The position numbers were made by a program, and so were the translations under genes. Shown in pieces: positions 1-8,544 of a DNA stretch of 47,270 bases (position 1 is the first letter of the stretch; every line of letters starts with the position of its first letter). This DNA comes from Nanobdellota archaeon (GTDB lineage Archaea; Nanobdellota; Nanobdellia; Pacearchaeales; GW2011-AR1), in the NCBI GenBank assembly GCA_038045965.1, contig JBBSXD010000001.1, forward strand, positions 103,474 through 150,743, in the 5' to 3' direction. The notes beneath the pieces were generated by a model that did not search any database, was not told the origin of the DNA, and was given only the letters and a program-made list of their open reading frames with translations.

Positions 1-3
1 ATG

Positions 4-864
4 TTAAAACAAAGCAGGAGTTATAAAAACTTCAATTAAAGAGGCTATAAATAAAATTATTACCGCTACTATTATAAGATTTAATGAATCTTGTAAAATA
101 GTCCAAAATTTATCAGATTTTATATCATGTTTAATTATGGCAACACTTACTATACCTCCAGCTAAAGCTCCTATAAAATAACTAGCAATTTCAGGCAATC
201 CATGTATCATATATCTCCCAATAGCTAAAGGCAATTTACTTAAACTTCCTTTAGAAAAAATGCCTATGGCAGAAGCTATAACACTAGCGTTCCAAGCTAA
301 AATAAATATAGCTCCAGCTCCAAATATTAAAGAAAAAAACAAAGTAAATATCAAAACATAAATATTATTCATAAATATATTTACTACTTTAGTTCTAGCT
401 GAAGAAAATCCAGTAGGACTTTTATCATGACCGATACCATAGTCAGAAATACATTGATCAAAATTATTAGGTCTATTGATTAAACAATAAGTTTCTATTT
501 GTGCTTTAAAATTTTGATTTCCATCTTCAAATACTATATACCAAAAAGAAAAAGCTACAACAAATCCCATAAACAAAAAAATTAAATAAGTTAAAGCTTT
601 TCCATGCTCTTCTAATAATCTAAAGAAACCAATATTCTCTAAATCTTTTTCTTCTTCATATTTTATCGCAAAATATAGAAATGGAATTGTAAACATTACA
701 CAGAAAGTAACTATTAACATTCCAGAATATTGAGACAATACGGGATCCTTTGAAAATATCCATTGAGTTAAAAACAAAGAAAGAGTTGCATAAAAAGCTC
801 CTATAAAGAACATTTCCCAAGGTCTTTTTTCAGCCTTAACAGGATTAATCAGCATCTCAAACAT
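4..864 (-). CDS. Polytopic membrane protein, SpoIIM/DUF95-like
   Basis: 286-aa ORF with about 6 hydrophobic helices. The C-terminal 'IHGLPEIASYFIGALAGG' resembles the conserved region of stage II sporulation protein M-type (DUF95) proteins common in archaea. Family recalled from memory only. Confidence 0.5.
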   Translation of the reverse strand: MFEMLINPVKAEKRPWEMFFIGAFYATLSLFLTQWIFSKDPVLSQYSGMLIVTFCVMFTIPFLYFAIKYEEEKDLENIGFFRLLEEHGKALTYLIFLFMGFVVAFSFWYIVFEDGNQNFKAQIETYCLINRPNNFDQCISDYGIGHDKSPTGFSSARTKVVNIFMNNIYVLIFTLFFSLIFGAGAIFILAWNASVIASAIGIFSKGSLSKLPLAIGRYMIHGLPEIASYFIGALAGGIVSVAIIKHDIKSDKFWTILQDSLNLIIVAVIILFIASLIEVFITPALF

Positions 865-1154
865 TTTTACACCTTTTTCTTTTCTTTATATGATATCACA
901 ATAATAGTATATAAAGATTTTAGTACCAAATCTTTTTTAATCATTAAAAAAATAAGACCAAGAGAGTATAGAAAATTCTGATAAATTAATCAAAGAATAT
1001 AAAGAAAAGATAAAAAAATTAAAAATAAAAAACCATAGCTGAATTATTATAGGAGTAAACAAATTGAAGATTTTGAGAGAGAAAAAGAAAAGGAAGAAAG
1101 AAAGTTAAAAAAGTAAATCAACACATTTTTATAACTAATATTATTAATTTTATA

Positions 1155-1949
1155 ATGAAAAGAGACGAATTTGATAAAATATCTAAAGATATAAAATCTA
1201 TAAAAATTCAGGGAGCCAGAAATGTGGCAATAGCAGGATTAAAGGCCTATTCATTAAATCCAGCAAAATCTTCCAAAAAAAAGATTCTTTCTTTAAGGCC
1301 AACAGAACCTATGTTAAAACATGTTTTAGATTTAGCAGAAAAAAAATCCATAAAAGAAATATTAAATCATTTTTCAGAAGCTCAAGAAAAAATAAATATA
1401 AATGCTTATAAAATAATAAAAAAAGATGATAAGATATTTACTCATTGTCATTCAACCAATGTCATAAATTCTTTAATATACGCTAAAAATAATAAAAAGA
1501 ATTTTGAAGTTTATAATACAGAAACTAGACCATTATTTCAAGGCAGAGAAACTTTACTTGAATTAAATAAGGCAGGTATAAAAGTTACTATGTTTATAGA
1601 TTCAGCAATGCTAACTGCTATAAAAAACAAAAAAGTAAATAAAATAATGATAGGAGCAGACGCTTTAACAAATAAAGGTATAATTAATAAGATAGGTTCT
1701 GGCATGCTTGCAGAATTGGCAAAAAATAATAGAATTCCTTTTTATGTAATAGCCGACTCATGGAAATATTCTAATAAAAAGATCCCAATAGAAAATAGAA
1801 GTTTAAATGAGATATGGGATAAATCTCCAAAAAAATTAAAAATAAAAAATCCGGCATTTGAATTTGTAGATAAAAGATATATAACAAAAATAATAACAGA
1901 ATTAGGGATTCTTAGCTATGATAATTTTCTGAGAAAAATGGGGAAATAA
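1155..1949 (+). CDS. eIF-2B alpha/beta/delta family protein, likely ribose-1,5-bisphosphate isomerase
   Basis: 264 aa. Family motifs 'THCHS', 'NTETRPLFQGRE', 'IGADALTNKGIINKIGS', 'PFYVIADSWK'. The isomerase assignment is inferred from the AMP phosphorylase gene in the same window. Confidence 0.65.
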   Translation: MKRDEFDKISKDIKSIKIQGARNVAIAGLKAYSLNPAKSSKKKILSLRPTEPMLKHVLDLAEKKSIKEILNHFSEAQEKININAYKIIKKDDKIFTHCHSTNVINSLIYAKNNKKNFEVYNTETRPLFQGRETLLELNKAGIKVTMFIDSAMLTAIKNKKVNKIMIGADALTNKGIINKIGSGMLAELAKNNRIPFYVIADSWKYSNKKIPIENRSLNEIWDKSPKKLKIKNPAFEFVDKRYITKIITELGILSYDNFLRKMGK

Positions 1950-2336
1950 TTATTTTTGTTCTTTTTGAATTTCATTGATCATTTTTTCCATCTCTTCTTG
2001 AAGATCATTCAATTTTCTTATTATAATATTTTTATTATATTTCAATTTATCTCTTTCTTGCTCAACAGTTTTTTTTATTTCTTCTGCAGACTTCTTGACA
2101 AAATTTCCTTTTCCTACATCTACAAAAAATTTTTTATCTTTAATATCAACTGGTAAGAAAATTCTTTTACCTAAATTTACCATAACTTCTTTAACCCCAT
2201 CTTTTTTAATTTCTTCTAAACTATTAATTAATTCATCCATTTCTTGGGTATTTTGTTCCAAAAATTGTAATTGCTCATTCAACTGATTTGTTTCCTGTTC
2301 CATCATCTGAATTTTTATAATAGATTCTTGATTCAT
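1950..2336 (-). CDS. pfdA: Prefoldin alpha subunit
   Basis: 128 aa with coiled coil, central double beta-hairpin ('VMVNLGKRIFLPVDI...FFVDVGKGNFVKKSAEE'), then coiled coil. This architecture is typical of archaeal prefoldin alpha. Confidence 0.7.
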   Translation of the reverse strand: MNQESIIKIQMMEQETNQLNEQLQFLEQNTQEMDELINSLEEIKKDGVKEVMVNLGKRIFLPVDIKDKKFFVDVGKGNFVKKSAEEIKKTVEQERDKLKYNKNIIIRKLNDLQEEMEKMINEIQKEQK

Positions 2337-2456
2337 TATAATCTGGGCTTAATAACATTTTTAAACATTATGTCCAAAAGTTGAAATCTCACTTTGAAAC
2401 ATGAGATCGTTTAGAATTACAATAATACTTAAAAATAATTTATTATTTTAAAATAG

Positions 2457-2822
2457 ATGATTTACATATTTGAGAAAAATAGAGGAGTATCAATTATAAT
2501 AACTTTGATGATTTCTTTAATTATTTTTTATGTATCTTCATTAAGTTTTACAGCAGGAGGGGGAAAATCTTCAGTAGCTGTTATATATCACTTTACAGCT
2601 TTTTCATATTTATCTCTTTTCTTATTAATCTCATTGACTAAAGGAAAACTAAATAAATCATTAATAATATTGGGAATTATTTTAGTAATAATTTATGGAA
2701 TTACAGACGAGATTCACCAACTTTTTGTTTCAGGAAGATTTTTTTCTATTAAAGATATTTTAACAGATTCTTTTGGATCCATAATAACTGGTTTGGCTTA
2801 TATGAATTATATAAAAGAATAG
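2457..2822 (+). CDS. VanZ-like small membrane protein
   Basis: 121 aa with 4 hydrophobic segments. 'TDEIHQLFVSGRFFSIKDILTDSFG' matches the VanZ-family signature as I remember it. Confidence 0.55.
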   Translation: MIYIFEKNRGVSIIITLMISLIIFYVSSLSFTAGGGKSSVAVIYHFTAFSYLSLFLLISLTKGKLNKSLIILGIILVIIYGITDEIHQLFVSGRFFSIKDILTDSFGSIITGLAYMNYIKE

Positions 2823-3227
2823 TTATTGCAATCCAAATCCTTTACTAAAAATTATACTAAAAATTATAGAACTTATAATATACCACCATAACCATGTATC
2901 AGCAATAGCCGTAATAGAATAAACAGATCTCATCCAAGCAAAAATAAGTAATATAGGAATTAAAGTTATTAACATTGGTTTAAAACTTTGCTTCATTTGT
3001 TCAGGCATATCATTCAACATTTTTTGATTTATCTCCATCATTTTTTCAGGATTATTTTTATACATCTTCATTTCTGCTCTAAGATTTTTTTGCTTTTCTT
3101 TTATTTCTTTCATCTTTTCTTTATCAGTCATAAAATATCTTATTAAAGTTATAAACAAACTAATTAAAAAAGAAATAATTACTATAGATACTTTAGGATT
3201 GCTTATTATTAAATTTTGAATACCCAT
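2823..3227 (-). CDS. DUF106 / EMC3-Oxa1-like membrane protein (archaeal YidC-like insertase candidate)
   Basis: 134 aa with an N-terminal TM, a K/E/M-rich helical segment ('EKMKEIKEKQKNLRAEMKMYKNNPEKMMEINQKM') and two C-terminal TMs. Start abuts the secY stop (3227/3228), the conserved archaeal position for this family. Confidence 0.6.
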   Translation of the reverse strand: MGIQNLIISNPKVSIVIISFLISLFITLIRYFMTDKEKMKEIKEKQKNLRAEMKMYKNNPEKMMEINQKMLNDMPEQMKQSFKPMLITLIPILLIFAWMRSVYSITAIADTWLWWYIISSIIFSIIFSKGFGLQ

Positions 3228-4592
3228 TTAAACACCCATTATTTTTTTCATTGCAGGATTCATGTCTAAGGCATGTTGTTGTGCAATATTTTGATAAAAT
3301 TGGAAAGTTATCATTATTCCTAACAATAATGCGGTTCCACCAACTAAGGTTCCTAATACATCTGCTAATGCTGCCAACAATCCTATAGCTAATCCTCCCA
3401 TAACAGTCAAAGGCATAATATATCTAGATAAAACCGATTCTAAAATTCTATGATCTTTTCTGAAACCAGGAATTTGTAATCCCGATTTTAATATATTATT
3501 AGATTGTGCAGTTGCATCCATTCCGCTTGTTTTAACCCAAAATACAGAAAATGTTGCAGCAAAAAACATATAGAATATAACATGTCCAAAAGTTTGAAGA
3601 AGCAGAGAATTTTCCCAGCTTCCAGTTATTATTCTTTCAACAATATTTGTACTATCTATCCAATACAAAAAACCAGAAACGGCTCTACCATTAACTATAT
3701 TTCCAAAATAAGTTGGATTTCCAGACCAGTTTTGGATTAAACCTCCAAATAATTGTAAATTAGCAATTAATGCACTTGTTAATATTACTGGAATATTATT
3801 TGCATAAAAAAATTGTAAAGGCCATTTCATCCCATATCCTCTCAATCTATCATAACTTAAAGGGATTTCAATTTTCAGATTTTGAGCCCATACTACTACT
3901 AAAAACAAGATTACTGTAGCTACAATAGATGTTCCAGCTAGTAAAGCTCCTTGACTATCAGCATTTATCAAACTTACTACAAATGAAATAATCTTACCAC
4001 TTGCTTGAAATTGTCCCTGAGTTCCTAAAAATCCAAAACTTGCAGTTATTAATTGCCATCCAACTCCAGCAGCTATAAATAAACTAACTCCAGAACCAAA
4101 TCCCCATTTGTGACAAACTTCATCCATAAATAATATAACTAATCCCCCAAGCATTAATTGAAAAATTACAATTGTAGTATATCCAGGAGCAGCTTTAATT
4201 CCTCCCATAAGTACATAAATCATAGCCTCAAAAATTATAAAAAAGAATACCATTAATTTTTGTAATCCCTGGAAAAATTTTTTTCCTTCTTCAGTTTTTG
4301 TATCAATATTTATTATTTGGCTCCCAACTAATAATTGTAAGATAATACTAGCCATAACTATAGGACCAATACCTAATGAGATTATAGATCCAAAATTTGT
4401 ACCTAAAATTACTGCTAAGAATTCAAACTGATCTAAAAATCCAGGATCAGCACCATAAAGTGCAATATTAGACATTACAAAAAATGCAACAATTATAATT
4501 AAAGTCCATTTAAGTTTAATATTAAAACTAAGTTTTTTTTCCGTAGGACTAATTACTTCAGGTAGGTTACGCAAAATATCTATAAATGCCAT
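3228..4592 (-). CDS. secY: Preprotein translocase subunit SecY
   Basis: 454 aa with about 10 TM segments. Typical archaeal SecY N-terminus ('LPEV..P..K.SF..KL.WT') and the position directly after uL15. Confidence 0.95.
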   Translation of the reverse strand: MAFIDILRNLPEVISPTEKKLSFNIKLKWTLIIIVAFFVMSNIALYGADPGFLDQFEFLAVILGTNFGSIISLGIGPIVMASIILQLLVGSQIINIDTKTEEGKKFFQGLQKLMVFFFIIFEAMIYVLMGGIKAAPGYTTIVIFQLMLGGLVILFMDEVCHKWGFGSGVSLFIAAGVGWQLITASFGFLGTQGQFQASGKIISFVVSLINADSQGALLAGTSIVATVILFLVVVWAQNLKIEIPLSYDRLRGYGMKWPLQFFYANNIPVILTSALIANLQLFGGLIQNWSGNPTYFGNIVNGRAVSGFLYWIDSTNIVERIITGSWENSLLLQTFGHVIFYMFFAATFSVFWVKTSGMDATAQSNNILKSGLQIPGFRKDHRILESVLSRYIMPLTVMGGLAIGLLAALADVLGTLVGGTALLLGIMITFQFYQNIAQQHALDMNPAMKKIMGV

Positions 4593-4593
4593 A

Positions 4594-5037
4594 TTACTCA
4601 GAAGGATTTATATTTTTAGATAATACCTCTATCTTTCCACCAGCTTTTTCAATTTTCTCTTTAGCATTTTTACTTACACTTAAAGCTTTAATTTTCAACT
4701 TATTTTTAATTTCTCCATCTCCCAAAACTTTATATTCAGATAAATCAATCCACCCATCTTTTTCAGAAAATTTTGATAAATTTTTCTCAATATCAATAAT
4801 ATTAATTCTTTTTCTTTTATCTCTTTTTGTGCCTTTACTCGTTATTCCTTGTTTTCCAAAGTATTTATTTCCATATAATTTATTTATTAAAGTTTTTTTA
4901 TGGTCTGCTCTTTTACCTGTTCCAGCCATGCCAACCCCCCCCTTATGACCACTTTTTTTCCATTTTTTTCTAGCTCCATGACCATAAGTAGTTCTACCTC
5001 TTTGCCCTACTGATTTTTTCTTTTTCTTTACTTTCAT
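4594..5037 (-). CDS. rpl15: 50S ribosomal protein uL15
   Basis: 147 aa. 'GHGARKKWKKSGHKGGVGMAGTGKRADHK' is a glycine/basic uL15 signature. Operon position between uL30 and secY. Confidence 0.9.
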   Translation of the reverse strand: MKVKKKKKSVGQRGRTTYGHGARKKWKKSGHKGGVGMAGTGKRADHKKTLINKLYGNKYFGKQGITSKGTKRDKRKRINIIDIEKNLSKFSEKDGWIDLSEYKVLGDGEIKNKLKIKALSVSKNAKEKIEKAGGKIEVLSKNINPSE

Positions 5038-5043
5038 TTATAA

Positions 5044-5523
5044 CTACAACATCCTCTCAATTAATTTATTTATATCTTTTTTATTGTCTCCTAAGACTCC
5101 TTTAGGATAATGCAATTTAGATTTAATTCCTTTTCTTGGAGGATGAAGTCTAAAAAAATCTTTTAATTTAAAATCCTTTAATTCTTTATTTTTAAATAAA
5201 CCTTCTACAACTTCATCTACATCAACTTTAATCTCACTCTTTCTACCACTTAAATTTTCAGCTCTTTCTAAAATTAATTTTTTTAATGAATCTTTATCTA
5301 TATATCCATAAGCCACACAATTTTTAACTTTTTTTAGCATACCATATACATTTTTATTATTCTTATTTAATAAAACACATGAATATTTTCTTCTAAGTTT
5401 TAATCTATCAAGAGTTTCACTAATATCTTTTCTAATTTTAACCATGCCTGATATTCTTACTACTACTAAGATTTTATTGATGTTTTCTTCTTTATTTTCA
5501 ATTTTATTTTTTTGCATTTTCAT
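5044..5523 (-). CDS. rpl30: 50S ribosomal protein uL30
   Basis: 159 aa. 'VVVRISGMVKIRKDISETLDRLKLRRKYSCVLL' is the uL30 core. Directly upstream of uL15. Confidence 0.85.
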   Translation of the reverse strand: MKMQKNKIENKEENINKILVVVRISGMVKIRKDISETLDRLKLRRKYSCVLLNKNNKNVYGMLKKVKNCVAYGYIDKDSLKKLILERAENLSGRKSEIKVDVDEVVEGLFKNKELKDFKLKDFFRLHPPRKGIKSKLHYPKGVLGDNKKDINKLIERML

Positions 5524-5526
5524 ATT

Positions 5527-5841
5527 TTATGATATTTCAATACTGTCTTGTGAAAAACCAAGTTTAATTAAAGTTTCTTTAGCTTTATTTAAATGGTCTC
5601 CTTGCAGTTCCACTTTATTTTCTCTGGTTGTTCCTCCACATGCTAGCGCATGTTTAAGATCTCTTGCTATAGCTTTCAAATCCACACCTTGAAACCCAGA
5701 GATTACAGTAATAAACTTTCCGAATTTTTTTTTCTCAGTAGTTATTTGTATTCTTTGTTCAGTTTTAGCAATTTCTTCACAGACACAAGCTTGTAAAGGC
5801 AATCCACATTTTGGACATATATCCATATTATTTATTTTCAA
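5527..5841 (-). CDS. sui1: Translation initiation factor aIF1 (SUI1)
   Basis: 104 aa. N-terminal 'CPKCGLPLQACVCEE' zinc knuckle and 'GF...DLKAIARDLKHALACGGT...VELQGDH' SUI1 core. Confidence 0.9.
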   Translation of the reverse strand: MKINNMDICPKCGLPLQACVCEEIAKTEQRIQITTEKKKFGKFITVISGFQGVDLKAIARDLKHALACGGTTRENKVELQGDHLNKAKETLIKLGFSQDSIEIS

Positions 5842-6028
5842 CTGATTTGTTTAATCTGTTGAAAGTTAGTAATCTAGCAATAGTTCTTTTAATTTCTTTT
5901 ATTTTAATTTTCCCACCTTTTGCTACATTTATTTTTTCTTTTATTAATTCCATTCCTAATTCTTTAATTCTCTCCAGTCTTTCATTATTAGACATTTTTT
6001 TTATATCTTGATTTTTAATTATTGCCAT
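5828..6028 (-). CDS. rpl29: 50S ribosomal protein uL29
   Basis: 66 aa helical hairpin protein ('IKKMSNNERLERIKELGMELIKEK...IKEIKRTIARLLT'). Follows uS3 as in the canonical operon. Confidence 0.8.
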   Translation of the reverse strand: MAIIKNQDIKKMSNNERLERIKELGMELIKEKINVAKGGKIKIKEIKRTIARLLTFNRLNKSVENK

Positions 6029-6743
6029 TTTTTATATCTTCACTAATTTCTTTGTCTTTATTATTCTTTTTATTTTTTCCTTTTTTAACAATTTCTTTTT
6101 TTTCTTCAATATCATTGTTTAAAATAACCAAACTAATTTTCTTTCTTACTTCATCATCTATTATTATTCTATCATACAATCTAGCATCAGGAGGCATTAT
6201 AGCTACTTTTATACCAATTATCCCTGTTTTAGTTAATGCTGTTGATTGAGCTCTCTCAACTTCATTTGAAGAATCACCAGCTTTCTTTAAATATCCCTCT
6301 GCAAATCTCCAGCTTTTTGCTCTTTCACTTGGTAATTTTCCAGATAATCTTAATTCACATCCTAAAGCTCCAGCTTTAATTATTTCTTGTAATTTCCTAT
6401 AAGCAATAACTTTAAATTTAAGATTACCCATTCTTTCTAAAGCTAAAGCAATTTCATCAGCTACTCCTTGAGCATCTAACAATGGATTTTTAATTTCACT
6501 GATTTCTATATGGGGATTTTCTAATCCAAATTTCTTTTTTAGGAAATCTGTTAATTGTTGAATTTGTTCTCCTTTTCTTCCTATAACTAATCCAGGTTTA
6601 CTTGTACTTATTATTATTTTTTCTCCAACTGGTGTATATTCAATATTTAGATTACTAATTTTACCTTTGCCAAGCTGCCTCTTTATATATTCTTTAATTC
6701 CATATTCTTCTTTCTTTAATTTTATAAATTTTCTTTCTTCCAT
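6015..6743 (-). CDS. rps3: 30S ribosomal protein uS3
   Basis: 242 aa. KH-domain motif 'PGLVIGRKGEQIQQL' and a C-terminal uS3 domain ('GCELRLSGKLPSERAKSWRFAEGYLKK'). Has a Lys-rich C-terminal tail. Confidence 0.9.
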   Translation of the reverse strand: MEERKFIKLKKEEYGIKEYIKRQLGKGKISNLNIEYTPVGEKIIISTSKPGLVIGRKGEQIQQLTDFLKKKFGLENPHIEISEIKNPLLDAQGVADEIALALERMGNLKFKVIAYRKLQEIIKAGALGCELRLSGKLPSERAKSWRFAEGYLKKAGDSSNEVERAQSTALTKTGIIGIKVAIMPPDARLYDRIIIDDEVRKKISLVILNNDIEEKKEIVKKGKNKKNNKDKEISEDIKNGNN

Positions 6744-6744
6744 T

Positions 6745-6885
6745 TTTTCATTTCTTCCATTTTTTTATTTTCTCCCGTTAAAAAATGGGAGTTTGAAAAT
6801 CTCAATTTTCATTTCTTCCATTTTTTTATTTTCTCCCGTTAAAAAATGGGAGTTTGAAAATCTCAATTTTCATTTCTTCCATTTT
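6745..6885. repeat. Perfect 61-bp tandem repeat, about 2.3 copies, between uS5 stop and uS3 start
   Basis: Units 6746-6806 and 6807-6867 are identical by base-by-base comparison, with a partial third unit at 6868-6885. Each full unit carries a CTCCC-N10-GGGAG inverted repeat (e.g. 6772-6791). On the minus strand each carries an identical 18-codon mini-ORF, MEEMKIEIFKLPFFNGRK, at 6826-6882 and 6765-6821. The mini-ORF first codons mimic the uS3 start (ATGGAAGAAA...). Confidence 0.9.
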
Positions 6886-7600
6886 ACATCTCCGTAGTTT
6901 TTCTTAAAGCATCAATACAAGCTTTAGCCATATTTATTGTTGTTCTTTTTTTGCCTTTAGTATTACTATAAACATCTTTTATTCCGGCGACTCTTAGAAT
7001 CTTTTTTATTTCATCTCCTGCAACTAATCCTGTTCCTTGAGGAGCAGGAATTAATTTTATTCTACTGCCTCCACACTTACCTTCTACTATAAATGGAACA
7101 GTATGATTTTCACCACAATTACAATCAAAACTAGCACACGCAGTTCTTATTTTAATTAAATTAAGTTTAGATTTTCTTACAGCTTTTGCTCTTGCTGGAA
7201 GTGTTTCTTGGGCTCTTCCATAACCCAATCCAACATAATTATCATTACCAACAACTATCATACAAGAAAAAGTAGCAACATTACCTTCTTTAGTCTTTCT
7301 TTGAGTTTGTCTCCAAGCTCTTCTTTTTCCTCCACCAAATTTCCCTTTTGCTTGTCCTATATTAATAACTTCTTCTCTTGTTTTTAACAAACTATCTACT
7401 ATTTCTGGTTCTAAAATTTTATATTTTAAAGCCTCATCTATACTCTTTATCTTAGCTTCTCTAACTTTCTTTCCCAAGATTGTTTTTGGAACCCAATTTT
7501 CAAGTTCTTTAGATTGGATTTCTCTTATTCTTTCTTCTCTGAATTTTTCCAAATCTTTTTTTGATTTTCTATTATTTATATTAATTCTTTCTTGTTTCAT
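6884..7600 (-). CDS. rps5: 30S ribosomal protein uS5
   Basis: 238 aa. 'KGKFGGGKRRAWRQTQ', 'VVGNDNYVGLGYGRAQE' and 'GTGLVAGDEIKKILRVAGIKDVYS' are uS5 dsRBD/C-domain signatures. Confidence 0.9.
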   Translation of the reverse strand: MKQERININNRKSKKDLEKFREERIREIQSKELENWVPKTILGKKVREAKIKSIDEALKYKILEPEIVDSLLKTREEVINIGQAKGKFGGGKRRAWRQTQRKTKEGNVATFSCMIVVGNDNYVGLGYGRAQETLPARAKAVRKSKLNLIKIRTACASFDCNCGENHTVPFIVEGKCGGSRIKLIPAPQGTGLVAGDEIKKILRVAGIKDVYSNTKGKKRTTINMAKACIDALRKTTEM

Positions 7601-7601
7601 T

Positions 7602-8081
7602 TCATTTCTTATCCTCTATATTTTTTTTAATTTTATCTAAAAAAGAATATTTATTAATCATATCATTAGTAGGTAAGATATTCTTATCATGAGGGATTTT
7701 TAATCCTCCATCAATAGCTCCTTTAACACAAGCATAAATTCTAGATCCTTTAGTACTTGGGATTAATCCACTATCTAATATACATTCTTTTATTTTTTTA
7801 TTTACACTTTTTTTAGCTATAAGAATTCCAGCTAAATAAGCCGCAGATAAACTCTTTAAACTTCCAACATTTTCCTTAGGCCAGCCATACTTTAATAATT
7901 CTTTAGTATTTACACTAACAATTACTTTATCTTGAGCTTTATCACTCTCAACTATTTGTAATATTATATATCTATTAGTTTTTCTTACAATTAGTCTAGG
8001 AGTATCGCTTTTAAGCAATATTAATCTTTTGAGATAATTTGTTTTATTTTCTCTTCTTCTTCTCTTATCTAATTTTTTCAT
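7602..8081 (-). CDS. rpl18: 50S ribosomal protein uL18
   Basis: 159 aa. 'RRRRENKTNYLKRLILLKSDTPRLIVRKTNRYIILQIV' is the uL18/L5e signature. Operon position. Confidence 0.85.
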   Translation of the reverse strand: MKKLDKRRRRENKTNYLKRLILLKSDTPRLIVRKTNRYIILQIVESDKAQDKVIVSVNTKELLKYGWPKENVGSLKSLSAAYLAGILIAKKSVNKKIKECILDSGLIPSTKGSRIYACVKGAIDGGLKIPHDKNILPTNDMINKYSFLDKIKKNIEDKK

Positions 8082-8083
8082 TT

Positions 8084-8542
8084 TTAAATTTTTATTTTAG
8101 TATTTTCTTTAATCCCTTTTTTATTAGTTTCTAGTTTAATGCCTAAACTTTTAAGATATTCCTTCATATTAGACTTACTTTTAAATTCTCTCATCCTTAT
8201 TTTATTTCTAAGTTTTTTATACAATTCTCTTTCAATTAAACTCATATTTTTTAAGCTCATTAAATAGCCTCTTAATTTTCTTGTTATTTTAACATAATTT
8301 TGTTTTCTTCTATTTATTTTCATTTTAATTTTTCCAGGACCTCTTCTATATTTTCTTTTAACTATTTTTCTTCTTCCTTTTATATCTTTTATTTTTATTA
8401 TTCCTTCACTATAAAGTTGTTTTATATCCTGTCTGGTTATAGCTTCTTTTATTTCTTTCAAATTTTCATTCTTGAATATTATTCTACCCTTACCAACTCT
8501 TAAAACCTTCGCTGCCAATGCTTTTTTCTTATTTAAATTCAT
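8084..8542 (-). CDS. rpl19e: 50S ribosomal protein eL19
   Basis: 152 aa. 'KKALAAKVLRVGKGRI', 'RRGPGKIKMK..RRKQNYVKITRKLR' are typical of L19e. Confidence 0.9.
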   Translation of the reverse strand: MNLNKKKALAAKVLRVGKGRIIFKNENLKEIKEAITRQDIKQLYSEGIIKIKDIKGRRKIVKRKYRRGPGKIKMKINRRKQNYVKITRKLRGYLMSLKNMSLIERELYKKLRNKIRMREFKSKSNMKEYLKSLGIKLETNKKGIKENTKIKI

Positions 8543-8544
8543 TT

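Noticed and set aside
864-1155. Possible C/D-box sRNA or small ORF in the 290-bp intergenic region, which contains TGATATC ... CTGA.
   Set aside because: There is no proper RUGAUGA C box or paired C'/D' boxes at the right spacing. The A/G-rich stretch (GAGAGAGAAAAAGAAAAGGAAG) gives only a trivial Lys-rich reading frame. It is most simply a divergent promoter region.
4586-4948. 120-aa plus-strand ORF antisense to uL15. Many similar ORFs fall in this class: 1956-2156, 2095-2286, 3504-3740, 5444-5692, 5811-6011, 6022-6249, 6667-6897, 8300-8503, 13316-13510, 13476-13697, 14560-14742, 15293-15682, 17037-17267, 17417-17665.
   Set aside because: All lie antisense to strongly supported conserved genes. 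All have the F/L/S/I-rich low-complexity composition expected from reading Lys/Glu/Asn-rich AT-rich genes backwards. None has recognisable motifs.
6745-6885. Whether the 61-bp repeats could be a miniature CRISPR array.
   Set aside because: The units are directly tandem with no spacers, there are only about 2.3 copies, and they sit inside an operon. No cas genes are present anywhere in the window.
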